Assembly (NCBI GenBank): GCA_965218425.1
Contig: OZ244621.1
Span: 1,504,001-1,568,000, forward strand
Reading direction: 5' to 3'
DNA length: 64,000 nt
Source of the DNA: an uncultured Candidatus Binatia bacterium
GTDB taxonomy: Bacteria; Desulfobacterota; Binatia; UBA9968; CAXXLF01
The notes beneath the pieces were generated by a model that searched no databases, was not told where the DNA came from, and saw only the letters and a list, made by a program, of their open reading frames with translations. The translations under genes were made by a program, and so were the position numbers. Of this stretch, positions 35,771 through 45,068 are shown in pieces. Numbering within the stretch: the first letter of the stretch is position 1; every line of letters starts with the position of its first letter.

Positions 35771-36631
35771 ATGTGGCCCGAGTTCATCGCCATTATGTCG
35801 GCCATGGGATGGGCGACAGACGCCATCTTGGTGCGCAAAGGCGCGCGCACCTCAAACGTTTACGCCGCGGCTCTCATTAGTTTTATTATCACCGCCATTC
35901 TCCTGTGGACCATCGTTATCCTCTTTTTCCCGCTCCATCTCCTCTGGACTCCCGCCACGGTTTATTTTGTCCTCAGCGGGTTGATCCAACCCTTTTTAGC
36001 CCGGTTGCTGCATTACATCGGCCTCACCAGGCTTGGGGTTGCCCGCTCGGGTTCATTGCGCGGCGCAAGCCCTCTATTTGCCGTTGTCCTTGCAGTGGCC
36101 TTTCTGGGGGAGCGGCCCAACTTGTTTGTCTATGGAGGGACGCTCTTCACGGTGGCGGGGGTATGGGTCATTTTATATCGTGACGAGGGCGGGAGCCAAT
36201 GGAAACTCTTCGACGTTATCTTTCCCCTTGGTGCATCCTTTGTGGCCGCCATATCCCAAAACCTGCGCAAAAAGGGACTCCTTTTGCTTCCCAATCCCTT
36301 CGTGGGCGGGGCCATCACCACCACAACGTCCCTAACCCTGTATATAATATCCATCATCATCTCTGGGAAATACCGCCTTGTTAGGCCTGATCGAACGAGC
36401 CTGCCTTATTTTGTAACCTCCGCTTTTGTTGCAGCGTCATCGCAGTTTTTGGTCTTCTTGGCACTCAGCAAAGGAGATGTCTCCGCTATGGTTCCGTTGA
36501 TCAATACGACACCTTTCTTTTCAGTCCTGTTCAGCGCCATCTTTTTACGGGATTTGGAGCAGGTAACCTCCAAGTTATTCTTTGGTTCTATACTTTTGGT
36601 GACAGGTATGGTCCTGATTACCACCCGGTAG
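35771..36631 (+). CDS. DMT/EamA family transporter
   Basis: About 10 TM helices in two EamA repeats (PLFAVVLAVAFLGE). Confidence 0.85.
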   Translation: MWPEFIAIMSAMGWATDAILVRKGARTSNVYAAALISFIITAILLWTIVILFFPLHLLWTPATVYFVLSGLIQPFLARLLHYIGLTRLGVARSGSLRGASPLFAVVLAVAFLGERPNLFVYGGTLFTVAGVWVILYRDEGGSQWKLFDVIFPLGASFVAAISQNLRKKGLLLLPNPFVGGAITTTTSLTLYIISIIISGKYRLVRPDRTSLPYFVTSAFVAASSQFLVFLALSKGDVSAMVPLINTTPFFSVLFSAIFLRDLEQVTSKLFFGSILLVTGMVLITTR

Positions 36632-36654
36632 AATAGGCCGGTCTGAAGGCGTAC

Positions 36655-37632
36655 TCACGAAACGCAATTTTTTTTGTCACCCTGGTGGAAGGCCTTGATA
36701 TTCTCTTCCACTTCCGCCAGCAACCGTTGGCGGGCCTCCTTGGCGGTCCAGGCGCAGTGGGGGGTGACGAGGAGGTTGTCCAATTCATGGGTTGCCCTTA
36801 CGAGCAGGTGGTTTTCAGAAGGGGGCTCCTCCGTTAGTACGTCCACTGCTGCTCCACTTAGACGCTTTTTCTTGAGGGCGTCAACTAGGGCAAGCTCATT
36901 GACCAGACCCCCTCTGGCCGTATTGATGAGAAAGGCTGTGGGTTTCATCAGTCGAATTGTGCGTTGGTCCAACAAGGACTTTGTTTCTGATGTCAGCGGA
37001 CAGTGAAGCGTGACGAAATCTGCTGTGGCCAATAAATCAGCAAAGGGAATGCGACCACTTGGAACGGGACCCGAAGAACCGGGACGGGCTGAGACCAAAA
37101 CCTCCATACCAAGCCCCCGGGCGATTTGAGCCACGGCTTGTCCGATGCTGCCATAGCCTATAATTCCCAACGTTTTGCCGGTGAGCTCTACGGATGGGAA
37201 ATCCAATCGGGTGAATGTCGCGCTCTTTTGCCACGCCCCGGAGCGTACTAACTGAGCGTACCGCCCCGCGTGAGTTGCCAGCTCGAGGATGAGGGCCATG
37301 GTAAACTGGGCCACCGCGTTGGTGGCGTATCCCGGGACGTTGACCACTGTAATCCCTCGCTCATTGGCAGCCTTCAAGTCCACTTTGTCTGTCCCTGTGG
37401 CTGCCACGGCAATCAGTTCAAGGCCTTCGGCCTCGGGAGACGCGAGTACCGTGCGGTCCATGATGATCTTATTAATCACCACGGCCTGTGCCCCCTTCAG
37501 TCGATTTACCACCTCAGCCGGGGTAGATGTTCCATGGAGTGTGCAATCCCAATGGGACGTAAAACTTCCGAGGGAGACATCGCCGAAAGTGGCAGCATCC
37601 AGGAAAACGAGTCGGAAAGGGCTTTTTTTCAT
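36655..37632 (-). CDS. D-2-hydroxyacid dehydrogenase (glycerate dehydrogenase-like)
   Basis: GIIGYGSIG, LHCPLT, INTARGG, TPHCAW. Confidence 0.92.
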   Translation of the reverse strand: MKKSPFRLVFLDAATFGDVSLGSFTSHWDCTLHGTSTPAEVVNRLKGAQAVVINKIIMDRTVLASPEAEGLELIAVAATGTDKVDLKAANERGITVVNVPGYATNAVAQFTMALILELATHAGRYAQLVRSGAWQKSATFTRLDFPSVELTGKTLGIIGYGSIGQAVAQIARGLGMEVLVSARPGSSGPVPSGRIPFADLLATADFVTLHCPLTSETKSLLDQRTIRLMKPTAFLINTARGGLVNELALVDALKKKRLSGAAVDVLTEEPPSENHLLVRATHELDNLLVTPHCAWTAKEARQRLLAEVEENIKAFHQGDKKNCVS

Positions 37633-37732
37633 GGCGTTGTCCGTTCATGGATCTTAGTGCAAATGAATCGAAACTGTCCAGCCCCAAGATCACCTCGCGC
37701 CCTGGATCAATCGACGATTAGACGGTGAAACA

Positions 37733-38158
37733 ATGGATAATTCTGAGATTGCAGTCTACTTGACTGCTTTCATTGCACCCGTTAATCCACTGCCCCCATT
37801 CCCAAAGCTCCACGGTGCGAAGCGTCTTTCAGGCCCCTCTCACGTACACTCGCGGGTCCACGAGGGGAATGAGGATGAAGGGCGTGGGCATCGAACGAGC
37901 GGCTTCAGATATTCAACGGTGGGCGTAATTTTTATAAGACAAGGTTTCGAAAAAAACGGACCCTCCGGAGCGCTGCTTTTTCCCCTGGGATTTTGGCTTG
38001 GGGCGGGCACCTTGAATCTCTTGGTGGTTTACCTGGCGGCTCGTGGGAGGCGGATGCTGCCACCTCGCCTGGAACCCTATTTGCATCGCCTCTCCGGAGT
38101 CCTTTTGATTGGAAGCGGGGCGTTGGTGGCTCTCAGGACCTGGTGGACTTTTTTTTGA
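37733..38158 (+). pseudogene. Membrane-transporter remnant(s): MarC-like start and LysE-like C-terminus
   Basis: AFIAPVNPL near the start, non-homologous middle, C-terminal GFWLG...LHRLSGVLLIGSG. Confidence 0.4.
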
Positions 38159-38200
38159 TAGCCGGCTTCGAACTTGGGGGGCTGCCCAAGTCTTTTTGGC

Positions 38201-38992
38201 TCAGCTTTTTTTTGCCTCCTCCCAAATAACGTCCAACTCTTCCATGGAGGTCTCAGCAAAGGATTTTCCGCGTTCCTGTAGTTGCTTTGCAATATAATCG
38301 AAGCGCCTGCCGAATCGGTTGACGCATTGGGTTAATGATTCTTCCGCTTCGATATGGAGAAAGCGACATAGGTTCACCAAAGAAAAAAAGACATCGCCCA
38401 TCTCGTCCGCAATCCGGTCTTTGTGCTGAGTTGAGGCGACCGATTTGAGTTCGGCTAGCTCCTCTTCGATTTTAAGCCACACCGGATTGGGTCCTGACCA
38501 GTCGAGACCAAAGTGGGATGCCCTCTCACCGGCTCGCTGGGCCCGTGCCAGGGCGGGCATGGCCTTTGGGAGGTCGCCCAGTGGGTGAGCTACCGCGTCC
38601 GTTGCCTTTTCTTTGGCTTTTGCCCTGACCCAATGTTTTAGAACGGCTTCGGAATCGGGCAAATGGTGGTCCGAGAAAACATGCGGATGACGGCGAATCA
38701 GTTTATCTTTCAGTCGCGATAGGACCTGTTCCGCGTTAAAACGACCTTGTTCTGAAGCGATCTGGCAGTGAAAGAGAAACTGCAGCAAAAGATCACCCAA
38801 CTCTTCTTCCATATCCTCTGTTTGGTTTTTCTCGATGGCCTCCAGGAGTTCGTAGGTCTCCTCCAAAAGGAATCTTTTAAGCGAACTATGGGTTTGCTCT
38901 TTGTCCCAGGGACAACCATCGTTGCCACGAAGCCGGGCCATAATGCCGGTGAGCTCAGTAAACCTCTTGCCTGGGTCCGGTTTTTTTTTCAT
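38201..38992 (-). CDS. mazG: Nucleoside triphosphate pyrophosphohydrolase MazG
   Basis: GCPWDKEQTH, EELGDLL, KLIRRHPHVF. Confidence 0.95.
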   Translation of the reverse strand: MKKKPDPGKRFTELTGIMARLRGNDGCPWDKEQTHSSLKRFLLEETYELLEAIEKNQTEDMEEELGDLLLQFLFHCQIASEQGRFNAEQVLSRLKDKLIRRHPHVFSDHHLPDSEAVLKHWVRAKAKEKATDAVAHPLGDLPKAMPALARAQRAGERASHFGLDWSGPNPVWLKIEEELAELKSVASTQHKDRIADEMGDVFFSLVNLCRFLHIEAEESLTQCVNRFGRRFDYIAKQLQERGKSFAETSMEELDVIWEEAKKS

Positions 38993-39083
38993 AGCACCTC
39001 CCAACATAATTTCACCAACACTCCCATTCCCGGCTCCGTTGCTGTGCGCTCCCAATCACCCTTGAAGTCAACGGTATCTAAGC

Positions 39084-39268
39084 AGGCCCAAACCAGACGG
39101 CCTGTTTGTAGGCAATCTCAGTAAGGCTGAGCGAGACAGTATAGTTGGCCGTGCGGTGGATGGTTACGGGTACAGCCGGACAGAGGTGGCCGATTATCTA
39201 GGCCTGCACTACGCTACGGTCAGCCGGTCGGCAAACAAGGAGTGATACAAGATACATGACGTGCCCCC
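39084..39268 (+). mobile_element. C-terminal HTH remnant of a Y1/RAYT-like transposase plus degenerate end motif; left edge of the accessory region
   Basis: Manual translation RPKPDGLF...YGYSRTEVADYLGLHYATVSR* followed by ATACAAGATACATGACGTGCCCCC. Confidence 0.65.
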
Positions 39269-39303
39269 GGTGTTACTATTCGCCGGACGCCTGCGACGGT
39301 GCG

Positions 39304-40038
39304 TTAGGGCAATGAGAACCGGATGCTGGCGCCGAGGTGATGCCCTCCGTATTCACTGTCGAAGTTGCGGTCGCTCAACTTACCCTTCAGGGCTGGATCC
39401 TGGGTGCCGAAGTACCGATAGTCCAGGCTCAGGGTCGTGGCCGGGGTGATCTCGTACCCGATCCCCCCTCCCACCTGATACGCGAACACGGCGTCGTTGT
39501 CGTCGAGAAGTTTCCGGCCGGTAGTCGGAGACGTCGACTCACCCGAAAGGAAGGCAACTCCGACACCGCCGCCGACATAGGGTTTCCAGCCGGATCCTAC
39601 ATCGATGTCGTAGTACCCATTGAACATGAGGGTAACCGTCGAGACAGCGCCACTGGTGTCCTGTTTTCCCAACAGGCTTTGACGGGCCTGAGGGTTGTCC
39701 CGCTGGGAGGGCGGTAGGAGGTCGATGAGGGCGCCGGGACTCTTGACGTTAATTTTATCCAAGTCATTCCTACGGTAGCCGACTTCACCTTCGACTCGTA
39801 AGCCATTGGTAAAAGCGTACCCGACCGCGCCGTTCACGGCGAAACCCGTATCGCTGCTGCTGTCGACGTCGAGTGCGGGATAGTCGTCTACGGCTCGGCG
39901 GGTGTTGCTGGCGCCGTTCGGAAAGGTGGCCCCACCACCGACCCCAATATACACCCCGCCATCGGCCCCTACCTCACCAACCGTCAGCAAGCCTGCTACG
40001 GCGAGGGAAAAGATCAATGCAAAGAATGTTCTCCGCAT
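39304..40038 (-). CDS. Outer-membrane beta-barrel (porin/OmpA-TM family) protein
   Basis: Signal peptide, GLRVEGEVGYR, NGYYD, PYVGGGVG, FAYQ, YRYFGT; AGGAGGT RBS. Confidence 0.85.
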   Translation of the reverse strand: MRRTFFALIFSLAVAGLLTVGEVGADGGVYIGVGGGATFPNGASNTRRAVDDYPALDVDSSSDTGFAVNGAVGYAFTNGLRVEGEVGYRRNDLDKINVKSPGALIDLLPPSQRDNPQARQSLLGKQDTSGAVSTVTLMFNGYYDIDVGSGWKPYVGGGVGVAFLSGESTSPTTGRKLLDDNDAVFAYQVGGGIGYEITPATTLSLDYRYFGTQDPALKGKLSDRNFDSEYGGHHLGASIRFSLP

Positions 40039-40519
40039 ACCCGACCTCCTTGATCTCAAACGGCCAGAGGCACAGGCACCCTCACACATAAAGGGGCACC
40101 TGACCCCGTGGTTAGTATAACCAACTGTTATCTCAGCAATCCGGTGTAATCAAGAGATCGTAGACCTGCCGCCGGATCAGCGCCGCTGATTAGGATGGAC
40201 TCGCGTGCGTTGAGGAAAGGTTCGGTTCGCACGTAGCCCAGCCGTGCCAGCTCCGCCACGCCCGCCGCCGTCGCCCGATCCAATTCATTTCGCTCGTTTT
40301 CATTCATTTTATTTTATCCTGTTCGGCCTTTCTACAAAACCTTCTCGGCCTGGTGAGCACGACAAGCGTCGTCAGGCGCGGCTATTTCCACAAGCTCCGC
40401 CTTGGTCCGCGCGTTACGCTCCGCCCGCGCCGCATCGTCCGGTGCCTGGCCCGGTATGTAGTCTCCGCCGCCGGTCACATTTCCATCCCCGCCGCGCGAG
40501 TCTTCCCTATTTTGCCGCC

Positions 40520-40640
40520 CCTTCCGCCCGAGAGCCGGCGCGAGGGCCCTGCGCATGGCCTCCTTCCCGCGGGCGCGGACCAAGTGGTTGAAGTCGGTCA
40601 TGCCCTTGGCCCTTTCCTCCGCCGTGAACGGCGGCTCAGC
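40520..40640 (-). pseudogene. Toprim/TraC-like primase C-terminal remnant
   Basis: PPFTAEERAKGMTDFNHLVRARGKEAMRRAL resembles the plasmid primase tDFNDl motif. Confidence 0.45.
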
Positions 40641-40672
40641 GGAGTCTCTGCGTCAGCGGGCGGCAAACATGT

Positions 40673-41950
40673 TCAGCCCGCTTTTGCCCGGGCCCGCTCT
40701 TTGCCAGCTTCCTCGTCAACCCGACGCAATAGCACGAAGCCGGCAACGAACAAGACCACGACTACGGCCATGCCGGCCCGTTGCGAGGTGAAAATGCGCG
40801 TCAATTCGCCCAGCAGGAACGGACCCAGAAAGGCGGTGGCCTTGCCCGAGAAGGCGAACAGGCCGTAGAACTCGTTCCCTTTATCGGGCGGCACAAAGCG
40901 GCCCATTAGGGAACGGCTGGCCGCCTGGTTGGGTCCCGCGCACAGGCCGATAAGGATGCCGGCGGCCCAAAAAAGCATCCGCTCCTGGGTGAGCAGGGCC
41001 AGCACGGAGGCCGCAACAAAGCCGATCAAGCTGATCTGGATTGTACGCTTGCCACCCAGCCAATCGTCGACAAAGCCCAGGGTAAAGGCGCCGATGCCGG
41101 CGGCCATATTGAGAACGAGGCCAAAGACCAGGAGATCCTTAAAGGTGAAGCCAAAGGTGCCGGCCGCGTAAATGCCCCCAAAGGCAAAAACCGTGTTCAG
41201 GCCGTCGTTGTAGAGCAGCCGGGCCACCAATAGGCGGAAAACATCGGGGTAGCTCCGCACTTGGCGGAAGGTCGAAACCAACTGGCCGAAGGAGACGGAC
41301 AAGAGCCGTCGAGAGGTGGCGAAGGGCGGCGGTTTTTCCTTGACCCACAAAAACAGCGGCAGGCTGAACAGAGCAAACCAGCAGGCCACCAACAGGTTGG
41401 TCGCCCTGATGTGCTGATGGTCTTCCCTGCCGAAACCGAGCCATGGAATCTCGGCATCGACAAAGCCCACCAGGGCCAGGCCCAGAGCCGCCAGACCGCC
41501 GACGTAGCCCAGAGCCCAGCCGTAGCCCGAAATGCGCCCTATTCTGTCCGGCGGTGCGACGTCGGGCAGAAAGGCATTGTAGAACACCAGGCCCATCTCG
41601 AAGGCGATATTGCCCACCGTGAACCAGAGCAGCGCTTTGACGACCTGGCCGGGCAGGGCGGTGTAGAGAAGGGTCGAGCCCACTATGGCCAGAAACGTGA
41701 AAAAACCGAGGAAGCGTTTGCGATAGCCGCCGCGGTCGGCTAGGGCGCCCAACAGCGGCGATAACAAGGCCACGGCTATGGCGCTCAGGCTGACGCTTTT
41801 GGACCACAGCCAGGTGCCAGTCACCTCGTCGGGGGCGATGACCTTGATGAAGAAAGCAGCGTAGATGAAGGTGACGACAAGGGTCGTGAAGGCCGAATTG
41901 GCAAAGTCATAAAAGCACCAGGCGACGATGGCGCGGCGGTTTGTCGGCAT
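40673..41950 (-). CDS. MFS transporter (UMF1/Atg22-like)
   Basis: WCFYDFANSAF, FYNAFLP, GRISGYGWALGYVGG, QAASRS. Confidence 0.9.
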   Translation of the reverse strand: MPTNRRAIVAWCFYDFANSAFTTLVVTFIYAAFFIKVIAPDEVTGTWLWSKSVSLSAIAVALLSPLLGALADRGGYRKRFLGFFTFLAIVGSTLLYTALPGQVVKALLWFTVGNIAFEMGLVFYNAFLPDVAPPDRIGRISGYGWALGYVGGLAALGLALVGFVDAEIPWLGFGREDHQHIRATNLLVACWFALFSLPLFLWVKEKPPPFATSRRLLSVSFGQLVSTFRQVRSYPDVFRLLVARLLYNDGLNTVFAFGGIYAAGTFGFTFKDLLVFGLVLNMAAGIGAFTLGFVDDWLGGKRTIQISLIGFVAASVLALLTQERMLFWAAGILIGLCAGPNQAASRSLMGRFVPPDKGNEFYGLFAFSGKATAFLGPFLLGELTRIFTSQRAGMAVVVVLFVAGFVLLRRVDEEAGKERARAKAG

Positions 41951-42247
41951 AGGGGCTCCGAGGGCTGCAGCGACGCTCAGGCATGCTCAGGCACGCCAGA
42001 CCCCCTGCCGCTCCACGCAATCCTGGTTTGATTCGAGCTGCGTTGGCGAGGCCATGGTGCGTGTTGCAAACTCTCTTGGAATGAGATGAAATAAAATAGC
42101 ACATGGATAGCACGGCGGAGCGCCCGAAGCTAGATGCGAAAGCATATACCCGTGAGAATACCGGCGGGAGAGACTCTGGATACCGCGCCGGTTCATGGAG
42201 CTGGACGGATGGGAGAGCTTTGGGTGACTTCATGGGAGGAGGGATTC

Positions 42248-42718
42248 ATGAATCGCGGAAAAAACATCGGGCGTGTGGTGATTCCGATGCTTTTCATCAT
42301 AGCCTTGACGGTCGCCGTGAGCACGGCGTTGGCCATTGAGCCGGTGTTCTCGACCTATCTCGGCGGCGCCATCCGGGGATATGACCCCGTGGCATATTTC
42401 ACCGAGGGCCGGCCGGTTCGGGGAAAGAGCGCCCATCGGCTCGAGTGGATGGGGGCGACCTGGTACTTTGCCAGCGCTAAGAATCGGGAATCGTTCGAGG
42501 CGAAGCCGGAAAAGTACGCCCCCCGGTACGGCGGCTACTGCGCCTGGGCGGTAAGCCAGGGGTATACCGCCAGCACCGACCCGGACGCCTGGAGTATCGT
42601 GGAGGGCGCGCTCTACCTCAACTACAGCCTGGGTGTCAAGAAGCAGTGGGAGCAGGACATCCCCGGCAACATCGCCAAAGCGGACGTGAACTGGCCCAAG
42701 ATCCTGCAACGGAAATAA
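42248..42718 (+). CDS. Exported YHS domain protein
   Basis: AIRGYDPVAYF, PEKYAPRYGGYCAWAV, LYLNY. Confidence 0.9.
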   Translation: MNRGKNIGRVVIPMLFIIALTVAVSTALAIEPVFSTYLGGAIRGYDPVAYFTEGRPVRGKSAHRLEWMGATWYFASAKNRESFEAKPEKYAPRYGGYCAWAVSQGYTASTDPDAWSIVEGALYLNYSLGVKKQWEQDIPGNIAKADVNWPKILQRK

Positions 42719-43399
42719 GCGGCTTCGGCATTGCACGGACCCTTTCCGCGCTTTTGTCAATCCCGGCTTGCCCGGGCTCTACAGGGTCCACAGGATAATG
42801 CAACCAGCCCCGGGGAGTCATCGGCGAGTCTGAGACGGGAATAGGACCATGCGATACTCGAAGCTCGATGCGAAGGATTACGCGTGCGGGAACTGGAAGG
42901 TGTGCCACGGAAGATGAAATTCATCTAAAAAACCATGTCAGGTTTACGGAGGCATCCCGTGTTTGTTCGTGTCTCACGCGCTTGTTCGCGCTTCGGAAAT
43001 GTCGTAAGCCCCACCCTCCAGGAGCCAAGGCATGAGCGCGCGGGGGCTGCCGAGCCCATCGCCCTGTGGTTGACCGCCGCCGCGTTCATACCGTAGTGGA
43101 CGTGACATTCATGGCACTCACTACGGCCAAGTTATCGCCGTTGAAATATTGCGTAAACCGAAAAACATGGACTTGACCTCTCAAACTGGCATCCTCCAGG
43201 ATGACCGGTACGTCAAAGTGGCCCTGTAAGGACCGGTGTCGACCTGGGCTGAAAGGCGATTTTCAGCCATTCCTGCTAGTCTCTCTCCGGCGTCTTGCCA
43301 CTCCAGACCAACGGAACCGATAACTTTTCATGGACCGCAGCGCTCTTTCCCGACGTCGCCCTTGAGGAAGTCAAGTGATGTCCGAGTTGGACGGCAGAG

Positions 43400-44602
43400 T
43401 TATCCTTCACCCCCTCGCGGCGGTTCTTCACGGTGCAAACCGGTTGCGAGTGTTACCAGGATGGCGATGAGCGGGGACAACGCGGAAATCCCGAAGGTCG
43501 CGGGTAAGCTGAACCTTTGAGCGATAAAGCCCGACACCAGCGGACCCGTGGCGTGACCGAGGTCGTAGAGGACTAGGCTGGTTGCGTTGGCCGAACCCCA
43601 GCGGTTGCGCGGCACACGGTCGAGGATCATGGCGCGTATGGTCGGTTGAGCCGTACCGAAACCGACCGCCCAGAATATCGCCGCCAGCGGCAGTGTCCAG
43701 ACCTTCTCGGTGAAAGCGAGCGTCAGCGCGGCCAGCGCCACAGAAACGAGCCCGGGGATGAGGAGCGCTCCACGCCGCGGGAGACGGTCGCTCAGACGTC
43801 CCATAACGGGGCGCATGATCATAAGCATCAGGGAAATAGCGACGAAAAAGACGATGGCGCTGCCGATGTCCCGCTCCTTGGCATCGAGGGGAACAAAGGT
43901 GATCATCCCGCTCACGACGAAATTCATCAGCGCGCTGATGCAGGCGGGCGCCAAGGCACGGGGTTCTATGAGTCCCCGCACCGACCATGTCCTGGGACCG
44001 GCGGCCGGCGCATAAGGGCTCCGTACCCTCGACGCGACACCCAACCCTGCGAAGGCCAGAAACGTTGAAAGCGTAAACGAAGACCAGAAGCTGACCTCGT
44101 CTGCGAGGTAGAGCCCTATGGCCGGCCCGAAGGCGGTCCCAAGGTTACGGATCGTGCTTGAATATCCCAACCCCTCGCCACGACGGGACGCCGGGATCAG
44201 TTCCGACGTAATGGTATCGGTTGCAGGAGGCAGGCCGCTCCACGCGGCGCCCTGCAACATACGGACCCCGATCAGGGCCGATATCGTCAAGCCAAAGGGC
44301 AGCGCGGCTCCACCCACCGCAAACAGGGCGATGGAGGTCACGAGGACCGTTTTGCGGCCGAGGCCGTCCATGGCCAGTCCCGATAGTGGCCGCAGGATAA
44401 TCGCAGTGATCACAAACACGCCAGCCACGATTCCCACCATGGTTTTGTTACCGCCGATGGAGGCGACGTACAGAGAAATAACCGGCCTCAGCATCTGAGA
44501 GCTGGCGAAGACAATGAAATCGGTGGCCAGAATCTGTAATAGGGCTGAGGTCCAGAGAGGTTGCTGAGTTTTAGAAGTCTCGGTAGCGTTCAAATTGCTC
44601 AT
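43400..44602 (-). CDS. MFS transporter
   Basis: About 12 TM helices, motif A (GLAMDGLGRK), RRGEGLG. Confidence 0.9.
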   Translation of the reverse strand: MSNLNATETSKTQQPLWTSALLQILATDFIVFASSQMLRPVISLYVASIGGNKTMVGIVAGVFVITAIILRPLSGLAMDGLGRKTVLVTSIALFAVGGAALPFGLTISALIGVRMLQGAAWSGLPPATDTITSELIPASRRGEGLGYSSTIRNLGTAFGPAIGLYLADEVSFWSSFTLSTFLAFAGLGVASRVRSPYAPAAGPRTWSVRGLIEPRALAPACISALMNFVVSGMITFVPLDAKERDIGSAIVFFVAISLMLMIMRPVMGRLSDRLPRRGALLIPGLVSVALAALTLAFTEKVWTLPLAAIFWAVGFGTAQPTIRAMILDRVPRNRWGSANATSLVLYDLGHATGPLVSGFIAQRFSLPATFGISALSPLIAILVTLATGLHREEPPRGGEG

Positions 44603-45068
44603 GTATCCCGTGTGACCCGGACTGTGTAAAGCAATTGTTTGTCTCTGTTCGGGCCGATTAAGGTTTACAATGAGTTGGAATGGAAAGGAATACTTGGACA
44701 CAATCGCGTGGATGCGCTCGTATCATCCCGCGTCTTGGCCTTATGCGGCAACCAGTCTTAAAGCTGGTTCATCGAACCCCCAACAAGAGCGCTCCATGGA
44801 GTAAGAATTGAGGCCAGGAACTGAAGATCCGGATACTCAGGTGAGCGTAACAGTAGCCTCCCCAGGAGCAAAACTTGGAAGAACAACATACTGGCTGTCC
44901 AGACCGCCGGCCTGCCGCCGAACCAGGGGAGGGTGTATTTGGTAAAGACTTGCTTCGGGGAAATTCTCGGCGGGCAACTATGGCGTCAGGAGATGTTTTT
45001 GATCTCACGATTCTGACAATTGAGGGATACCAATGAGCAACAGAAACCGAGAGCAGCATCCTATCCTT

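Noticed and set aside
42248..42718. YHS protein as a selenoprotein
   Set aside because: The GGYC site is a Cys codon; no in-frame TGA
42930..43075. Resemblance to an IS200/IS605 end or omega-RNA 5' region (GTCAACCAC...GGGGCTT...GGATGCC on the minus strand)
   Set aside because: Too degenerate, with no tnpB/iscB ORF nearby; needs an Infernal search
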